NCBI GenBank assembly: GCA_003345545.1
Contig: PRDH01000018.1
Coordinates: forward strand, 1-10,627
From: Candidatus Thorarchaeota archaeon
Lineage (GTDB): Archaea; Asgardarchaeota; Thorarchaeia; Thorarchaeales; Thorarchaeaceae
DNA: 10,627 nt
Direction: 5' to 3'
A program made the translations under genes and the position numbers. Under the pieces are notes generated by a model that had not been told where the DNA came from, ran no database searches, and was given only the letters and a program-made list of their open reading frames with translations. Below are positions 1-5,684 of the stretch, one piece after another; position 1 is the first letter of the stretch; each line of letters opens with the position of its first letter.

Positions 1-2
1 AG

Positions 3-122
3 GATAGAAGAGCCGATATCGTGTCGAATGACAGATTTTTGGACTGGATTGGTAGATATCCATGGCTGTCCAATAGACTAAGGAAATATCGGATGACTCC
101 AACAGGTCTCATTCTGCAGTGA
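3..122 (+). CDS. Partial (5'-truncated) Zc3h12a/Regnase-like NYN (PIN-fold) ribonuclease, C-terminal end
   Basis: Hand translation of frame +3 is open from the window edge to TGA at 120-122: DRRADIVSNDRFLDWIGRYPWLSNRLRKYRMTPTGLILQ*. The IVSND-x-F-x-D...W...RL pattern resembles the final catalytic motif of Regnase-type NYN domains. Not in the ORF track. Confidence 0.7.
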   Translation, partial: DRRADIVSNDRFLDWIGRYPWLSNRLRKYRMTPTGLILQ

Positions 123-156
123 GATGTAGAAGTTGCATGCACTGAAATGGATTCTT

Positions 157-170
157 CGAAAGCGTTAAAA
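157..170 (+). promoter_or_regulatory. Archaeal BRE + TATA-like promoter of alaS
   Basis: CGAAAGCGTTAAAA lies about 55 nt upstream of ATG 224. The same CGAA-N4-TT(A/T)(A/T) pattern occurs at 4785-4773 (-) and 10411-10424 (+). Confidence 0.55.
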
Positions 171-223
171 TCAGTCAGATACTGAGCAGTCTGACCTGCA
201 AGTCATCAGAGATGTGAGCGGCG

Positions 224-2005
224 ATGCAAATAGATAAGCTGAGAAGAATCTACCTCGAGTTCTTTAAACAAAAGGGCCACACAGTCATAGGTTCTGCTTC
301 GCTAATACCAGAGAATGATCCGACTGTACTCTTCACGACTGCAGGTATGCATCCGCTTGTTCCGTATCTTCTTGGTCAACCTCACCCCGCAGGAAAGAAA
401 CTTACGGACTGCCAAAAATGTGTGCGTACTACTGACATAGATGACGTAGGTGACACAGTACATCTCACTTTCTTCGAGATGCTCGGCAATTGGAGTCTAG
501 GGGACTATTGGAAAAAGGAGGCAATCACTTGGAGCTATGAATTCCTGACATCAAAGAAGTGGCTAGGAATCGACCCGAAAAAATTGTCCGTGACCGTTTT
601 CGCTGGAGATGATGATGCAGAACGTGATGAAGAGTCAGCCGCAGTATGGAGGAGTATGGGCATACCCAAAGAGCGCATCTACTACCTACCGAAGGCTGAC
701 AATTGGTGGGGTCCAGCAGGCATGACTGGTCCATGTGGACCCTGTACCGAGATGTTCATCGATGTGGACAAGATTCCCAAATGTAGCCCAGAATGCAGAC
801 CAGGTTGTAATTGCGGACATTATGTCGAGGTATGGAATGACGTCTTCATGCAGTACAACAGAGTCGAAGATGGGACCTATAGACTCCTTGGCAGGCGAAA
901 TGTGGACACGGGTATGGGTATCGAGCGTACTGCGGCGATGCTTCAGGGAGTGCCAACGGTCTATGATACTGAGGCCTTTGTGCCCCTCGTTAAGAGAATC
1001 AAAGAACTATCAAAGAGAGATACCTTCTCCGATACCGACAATGTCTTGATACGGGTGGTTGCGGACCATGTGAAATCTGCAGTCATGATCATGGCAGATG
1101 ATAGGCATATTGCACCCTCTAATGTCGAACAGGGATACATCGTCAGACGCCTGCTTAGAAAGGCGATACATATTGCGGACCGACTTGAAATAGCCCCCGG
1201 ATTCATGAATGAGTTGGCAGAGATTGTCATACGCATGTTTGAGAAAGTCTATGATGAGGTTGTGAGAAATCGCCAATTCATCATGGAAAATCTGACCGGA
1301 GAAGAAGCGAAGTTCAGAAGAACCTTGGGCAAGGCACTTCGTAAGTTTGACAGAATGTTCGCAGAGAACGGGAAAGTAACAGGAAGCGACGCATTCCTTC
1401 TGTTCACAAGCTTTGGGCTACCCCTTGAGATGACAAAAGAGCTGGCAGAAGAACGCGGAAGCGTCATTGACATGAACGAGTTTCGCAGACAGTTCGAGGA
1501 ACACCGAGAAACATCTAGAACAGCAACCGAGGGAAAATTCAAGGGTGGCCTTGCAGATCACAGTGATGAGATCACCAGACTCCATACCGCCACTCATCTG
1601 CTGCAAGCGGCGCTCAGAAGAGTGCTAGGAGAATCCGTTCAGCAGAATGGTAGTAATATCACTCAAGAACGGCTCAGGTTCGACTTCACATTTCAAAGAA
1701 AGATGACCACTGAGGAAATTGAACAAGTCGAGAACATGGTCAATGATGTGATAGCAAAGGGGGTTGCAATGGAACATACCTTCATGCCCTATGATGATGC
1801 GATAAAGCAAGGAGCATTAGCGTTCTTCAAGGAGAACTATGGCGAGGTAGTCTCTGTGTATACCGTGCCAGGATTCAGCATGGAACTCTGTGGAGGACCG
1901 CATGTTGAGAACACTGGTGTGCTTGGCAAGTTCAGAATCACTAAGCAGGAAAGGATCGGTGCAGGTATCCTACGTGTCAAAGCAGTTCTTGAGCCGAGTT
2001 CCTAG
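224..2005 (+). CDS. alaS: Alanine--tRNA ligase, short bacterial-type form (catalytic + editing core, no C-Ala)
   Basis: Catalytic motifs DPTVLFTTAGM, QKCVRT, HLTFFEMLGNWSLGDY, GPCGPCTE, EVWNDVFMQY, VDTGMGIER and GYIVRRLLR. Editing zinc motifs HTATH and ELCGGPH. The protein ends immediately after the editing domain (593 aa). Confidence 0.98.
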   Translation: MQIDKLRRIYLEFFKQKGHTVIGSASLIPENDPTVLFTTAGMHPLVPYLLGQPHPAGKKLTDCQKCVRTTDIDDVGDTVHLTFFEMLGNWSLGDYWKKEAITWSYEFLTSKKWLGIDPKKLSVTVFAGDDDAERDEESAAVWRSMGIPKERIYYLPKADNWWGPAGMTGPCGPCTEMFIDVDKIPKCSPECRPGCNCGHYVEVWNDVFMQYNRVEDGTYRLLGRRNVDTGMGIERTAAMLQGVPTVYDTEAFVPLVKRIKELSKRDTFSDTDNVLIRVVADHVKSAVMIMADDRHIAPSNVEQGYIVRRLLRKAIHIADRLEIAPGFMNELAEIVIRMFEKVYDEVVRNRQFIMENLTGEEAKFRRTLGKALRKFDRMFAENGKVTGSDAFLLFTSFGLPLEMTKELAEERGSVIDMNEFRRQFEEHRETSRTATEGKFKGGLADHSDEITRLHTATHLLQAALRRVLGESVQQNGSNITQERLRFDFTFQRKMTTEEIEQVENMVNDVIAKGVAMEHTFMPYDDAIKQGALAFFKENYGEVVSVYTVPGFSMELCGGPHVENTGVLGKFRITKQERIGAGILRVKAVLEPSS

Positions 2006-2158
2006 GTTTGAACTGGGGCACAAGCACTATTTGTCGTGTCAGCCATCTTGGAGCGGTAGTCTGTCTTGGCTAGCAGCAGTATCGGTTTCAGCATCATTCG
2101 GGATGATGGTGCTCTGGGTCATTTAGTTTGTCCTTTGCGAAGACCAAGATGGTCCTTC

Positions 2159-2905
2159 TCATGAATTATCAGTTTCAGGAATCCGATGAATTAGAATGTA
2201 AGCCCTTGCCAGCTCACCGAGTTCTGTGGCTTCTTCGACAGATAGATGAACGCGCGCTCCAGTGTCTGGGGTGACTGGATGTGTGGCCTCCAAAATTGCA
2301 AGGTCAGCATTGGTCACAGCCATCTCAACACCACTGCAGACCCTTGTATCGCCGGAATATGCTACGATAGACTCTCCGACTTGGACTCTGAACCCCAGCG
2401 CAGGCATGAGAACCTCGTTTTCGGTGTTGCATTCCGTTCCAAAGTGCTCGACTCCGAAGGATTTGACTTTGAAGAAGTCGGTATCGAACTCAGACCCCTG
2501 AGATGTTTCATGATACCAAATCTTGAACGGAAGGCTTTCAGGATAGCAGTCACGGAAACCCTTGATGATCCTGATTGCCTCTACGCAGTGAGTGGGAATG
2601 AGAATATTGAGAGGCTCTTTTCGCCCCAGCATTCTCATGAATCCAAGGAGAGTGTGAAGACCCCCAACATGATCAAAGTGCCCGTGAGTGATAGCGATAA
2701 GATCGATGTCGAAAACAAAACTAGTGGTTCCAGTTGAGTCAAGGAGGTCTCGGACAGCGCCATCCCCCACATCCATGAGCATGATTCTTCCGGTGAATTT
2801 TGACGTTAAGACAACTGTTGTGCCAACACCAGCGGCACTGAAGGGGACATTCACAAGTACCTCAGAGTTCTCCCAGTGACTCTGATACTTCGCTCGTTGG
2901 TCCAT
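2159..2905 (-). CDS. Metallo-beta-lactamase-fold hydrolase, RNase Z-like, lacking the tRNA-binding flexible arm
   Basis: Motifs MDVGDG, THGHFDHVGGL (HxHxDH), EH...LGFRV, YSGDT, LEAT, HLS and LIH. The start is placed at ATG 2905 (MDQRAK, purine-rich run upstream) rather than 2962; the start is uncertain. Confidence 0.85.
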   Translation of the reverse strand: MDQRAKYQSHWENSEVLVNVPFSAAGVGTTVVLTSKFTGRIMLMDVGDGAVRDLLDSTGTTSFVFDIDLIAITHGHFDHVGGLHTLLGFMRMLGRKEPLNILIPTHCVEAIRIIKGFRDCYPESLPFKIWYHETSQGSEFDTDFFKVKSFGVEHFGTECNTENEVLMPALGFRVQVGESIVAYSGDTRVCSGVEMAVTNADLAILEATHPVTPDTGARVHLSVEEATELGELARAYILIHRIPETDNS

Positions 2906-3031
2906 CCATCTTCCATTTCCTTTTGCATGTATAATCCTTACAGGTATGATATGATGAATCACCGGTATATTATATGTATTGAGATGAACTGGCCATTGAG
3001 AGAAGCCTCAAGCTGACTCTCGACGTCATTA

Positions 3032-4267
3032 TCAATCATAACCGAGTTTGGGCACACGAGCCAAGAAGTTCATGAAATAGCCTATCAGTACGGACACAAC
3101 AAGACCAGCAGTAGTGGTCAAGAGGATTGTGGCCCAGTCAGGCGTGGCTCCGCCAATAATCTGCATCCATGACCAATAGACTCCAGCCAGGGTCATGCCA
3201 GAGAATGCCACCTTTTTGAGAGGGACCTTAACGGACTTCGTCTGGAGCACACCCATATCTACGAGGGCACCGGATAGAGCTCCAGCCTTGTCGGGCTTCA
3301 AGTGAAGCCTCTTTCCAAGCTGACCGACTGTGACCTTTGACTTTGGTTTAATCATGTTCAGTGCCTTTGGAGCATACTCTGCTATATCCTGTGAGAAGAA
3401 GGTGATTGCATTTCCCGTGTCAATGCCACACTTGGAGCATGTAGGTGAGTTCTTTGGCCATTTCTTCCCGCACTTCGGGCATCGTTTGTTATCCCAAGAA
3501 CTTCCGGCAGCCTTACTGACTCTTGATACAAGTTCATTCTTGTCAATCTTCTCACCGCCTTTCTTTGGCATTCGGCGAAGCACGACTGGCCGTGGGAATA
3601 TACCAACATCAGAACCTCGCGTCGCACCGCGCATCTTGCGGGCCGCCATGATTCCCTGCTGGAACTCGTCCAAGGACATGATCAGAGTGAACACAGACAT
3701 CACTGTGAAACCAACCGTAATGAGCCCGCTCACTGACAGAATGGCAGCAGTGCCCGTGGGCCCCAGCCGAAGAACAAAGTCCTCGCTAACCGTTCCGTTC
3801 ACACTAGGTGAGGTTGAGTTTGAATATACAAAGGAGAAGGCACCTGTGATTGTTCCTGAAATCAGACTGAGGTTTCCGACGCTCATGAGGCTAGCCAGTG
3901 GGATTGATGCGTTGAGAATGCTTGCCGTGTAGTTCTCAGGGATTTCGCCATACACGCTTAGGTCGAATAGTTGATTGATAATCGGAATCGAAAGGTAGGA
4001 CATCGTGAACCTACCAGACTGTACTGTCAAGTTTGTGCCAGTATAGATTTGAAGTTCGATTGAAAGGTCAGAGGAAACATCTATTGGAATTGGATTTGCA
4101 GCATCAGACTCAGCGGCGTTCACTCCGTTGACCTCAAGCAGAAATGATAGACTTGAATCCCCACTCCATCCGACAGGGGGGGCAGCGTTGACAGGCATAA
4201 AAACCATAGTCCATAGAAGACAGGTTATGGTAAAGACAACAAGAAAGTGTGGTAGCGTTCTCTGCAA
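3032..4267 (-). CDS. Uncharacterised membrane protein: signal peptide, ectodomain, TM, zinc ribbon, winged-helix-like domain, 2 C-terminal TMs
   Basis: 411-aa ORF with TTG start, GGAGGT RBS at 4280-4275 and triple stop TGA TAA TGA. Hydrophobic N-terminus ending VNA|A. Hydrophobic segments at aa ~175-199, ~353-372 and ~379-402. Contains CPKC-x10-CSKC. Confidence 0.85.
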   Translation of the reverse strand: MQRTLPHFLVVFTITCLLWTMVFMPVNAAPPVGWSGDSSLSFLLEVNGVNAAESDAANPIPIDVSSDLSIELQIYTGTNLTVQSGRFTMSYLSIPIINQLFDLSVYGEIPENYTASILNASIPLASLMSVGNLSLISGTITGAFSFVYSNSTSPSVNGTVSEDFVLRLGPTGTAAILSVSGLITVGFTVMSVFTLIMSLDEFQQGIMAARKMRGATRGSDVGIFPRPVVLRRMPKKGGEKIDKNELVSRVSKAAGSSWDNKRCPKCGKKWPKNSPTCSKCGIDTGNAITFFSQDIAEYAPKALNMIKPKSKVTVGQLGKRLHLKPDKAGALSGALVDMGVLQTKSVKVPLKKVAFSGMTLAGVYWSWMQIIGGATPDWATILLTTTAGLVVSVLIGYFMNFLARVPKLGYD

Positions 4268-4368
4268 TCACTAGACCTCCAAGAGCCGCAGACTGGAAAA
4301 CATCACGAACTACTCCCTTTAACTCTTATTGAGAGAAATAGTCTGCCACTGTATGCAACTCTTCTCGG

Positions 4369-4734
4369 TCACTGCTTTCCACCCAGCGACTCCTTGATCT
4401 CTCTATCGAACTCCTCGTCGTCATCCGTTTCATATATGATGTGGCTCTTGCGTACAGGCTCCACAGGAGGAGTCCAATTATAGAATAATCCGAGAATCGC
4501 TCCACCTAGGACTGAGAGAGAAGACAACAAGACCGTAAATGTCGAGATTGGGACGACGTAGGCAAGCGGAATGAGTAGAATCACACCGCTAATGATGCTG
4601 AGTATGAGAACGAGTGCAGCTCTTCGAGCAATTCCATAACTTCTCATCGTACCTATGGAATACCCAAGCATCACTCCAAGAAGAATGCTGGGAAGAATCA
4701 CAGTTGAGATTTCCAAGGTATTGATTGGCTGCAT
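4369..4734 (-). CDS. Small hypothetical membrane protein (3 TM, acidic C-terminal tail)
   Basis: 121 aa with three hydrophobic stretches and the tail YETDDDEEFDREIKESL. GAGGAG RBS upstream of ATG 4734. Confidence 0.8.
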   Translation of the reverse strand: MQPINTLEISTVILPSILLGVMLGYSIGTMRSYGIARRAALVLILSIISGVILLIPLAYVVPISTFTVLLSSLSVLGGAILGLFYNWTPPVEPVRKSHIIYETDDDEEFDREIKESLGGKQ

Positions 4735-4772
4735 CAGGTACTCTCCTCATTTGTATTGTTCAGCTTCGGAAC

Positions 4773-4785
4773 ATTAAGTCTTTCG
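4773..4785 (-). promoter_or_regulatory. BRE + TATA-like promoter of the 121-aa membrane protein gene
   Basis: Minus-strand CGAAAGACTTAAT about 40 nt upstream of ATG 4734, closely matching the alaS promoter pattern. Confidence 0.5.
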
Positions 4786-4826
4786 GACTCGATAAATCGA
4801 ATATACACTCAATCGACTTCCTTCTC

Positions 4827-5369
4827 TTACCATTTGTTCCAATGCACAATCTCAGATAGTGGACGCCGCGTACGTGGTCTACTTGCTTTAGCGCGGGCTT
4901 CCTCATCCAAGAGCGTGATATCTCCTTCATACCCAAAGAAGACAACAGTGATAATTCGATACTCTTTGGGTATTCCTGTGATCTCCTTAAGCATGGCTTC
5001 ATCCCACCCAGCAGTTGGATGTCCCATCAATCCAAGATGTACTGCCTGAAGGAGCATGTTTTGGACTGCAAGGCCGACATCCATCGCAAAGTATGGGAGT
5101 TCATGCATGGGGCATCCTCCATCTTCCTTTGCAGCAACAATGATCATCACAGGAGCAGCCTTTGCATACGCGTTGCCCCGGCTCAGTGCTTCATGGACCT
5201 CAGCAAGGGCTTTCTTGTCGCGCATAACCACGAAGTTCCAGGCTTGTGTGTTCGAGCAAGAAGGAGCCCATCGACCCGCTTCCAGTATGGAATTGAGCAT
5301 CTCACCTGATACCGGTCTGTCAGCAAACACCCGGCCACTATGTCGTTTCATAATCTCCTCTAGAATCAT
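4827..5369 (-). CDS. Nitroreductase family flavoprotein (FMN-dependent)
   Basis: Family motifs KRHSGRVF, AGRWAPSCSNTQAWNFVV, DVGLAVQNMLLQAVHLGL and C-terminal RRPLSEIVHWNKW. Confidence 0.93.
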   Translation of the reverse strand: MILEEIMKRHSGRVFADRPVSGEMLNSILEAGRWAPSCSNTQAWNFVVMRDKKALAEVHEALSRGNAYAKAAPVMIIVAAKEDGGCPMHELPYFAMDVGLAVQNMLLQAVHLGLMGHPTAGWDEAMLKEITGIPKEYRIITVVFFGYEGDITLLDEEARAKASRPRTRRPLSEIVHWNKW

Positions 5370-5399
5370 GAAAGGTCATCCCATATGCTCCTCTCTCTA

Positions 5400-5564
5400 T
5401 TACTTCAACTTCATAGATGTTCCGCAATGGGTAGGGATATTCTGATGACCACAGGCAGGGCCCATCCAGCACACAAGCTGATTTCCTTCGATGTGCATCT
5501 CTCTCCCACAATGAACTGGCACCGATACTCTGGCACCACATTTCGGACAAACAAAATTACTCAT
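5400..5564 (-). CDS. 54-aa Cys/His-rich metal-binding mini-protein with two tandem C..CG..PxHCGxxM modules (not in ORF track)
   Basis: Hand translation gives MSNFVCPKCGARVSVPVHCGREMHIEGNQLVCWMGPACGHQNIPTHCGTSMKLK*. ATG at 5564-5562, AGGTGAGG RBS just upstream, double stop TAA TAG, and a clear internal duplication. Confidence 0.88.
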   Translation of the reverse strand: MSNFVCPKCGARVSVPVHCGREMHIEGNQLVCWMGPACGHQNIPTHCGTSMKLK

Positions 5565-5631
5565 TCTTCTTCCTCACCTTGCTGTTGTAAGTCGGAGCGG
5601 CTTAGCTGATTGTAAGATGACTTGCTCCTCT

Positions 5632-5655
5632 ATACTTGTTAACTATAGTTAGTAT
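5632..5655. promoter_or_regulatory. Palindromic candidate operator in the AT-rich promoter region of the mini-protein/nitroreductase unit
   Basis: Perfect 12-bp palindrome TAACTATAGTTA (5640-5651), with overlapping GTTAAC and outer ATACT...AGTAT arms (5632-5636 / 5651-5655). Confidence 0.45.
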
Positions 5656-5684
5656 TTGAATCTATGCTTTGCTGACATATCACG

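Noticed and set aside
525-2126. Short alternative-frame and antisense ORFs overlapping alaS (525-734, 735-1049, 961-1236, 1010-1276, 1249-1542, 1418-1606, 1625-1810, 1890-2126)
   Set aside because: Shadows of a well-conserved gene, with no motifs or convincing RBS.
2002-2162. Two tiny minus-strand ORFs after the MBL stop (MRRTILVFAK..., 22 aa; MMLKPILLLAK..., ~31 aa) and possible UGA readthrough of the MBL gene
   Set aside because: No RBS or motifs. Readthrough would add only a short featureless tail.
2246-3932. Antisense or off-frame ORFs over the MBL and 411-aa genes (e.g. 2246-2737, 3330-3932)
   Set aside because: Fully overlap better-supported CDSs and have composition typical of reverse-frame translation.
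4726-4752. AUGA...CUGA resembling a SECIS/K-turn core downstream of the nitroreductase
   Set aside because: The stem is only about 2 bp and coincides with the RBS and start codon of the next gene.
5338-5609. Track ORFs 5338-5550 (-) and 5385-5609 (+)
   Set aside because: Displaced by the 54-aa ORF at 5400-5564, which has an RBS, a duplicated metal motif and no overlap with its neighbours.
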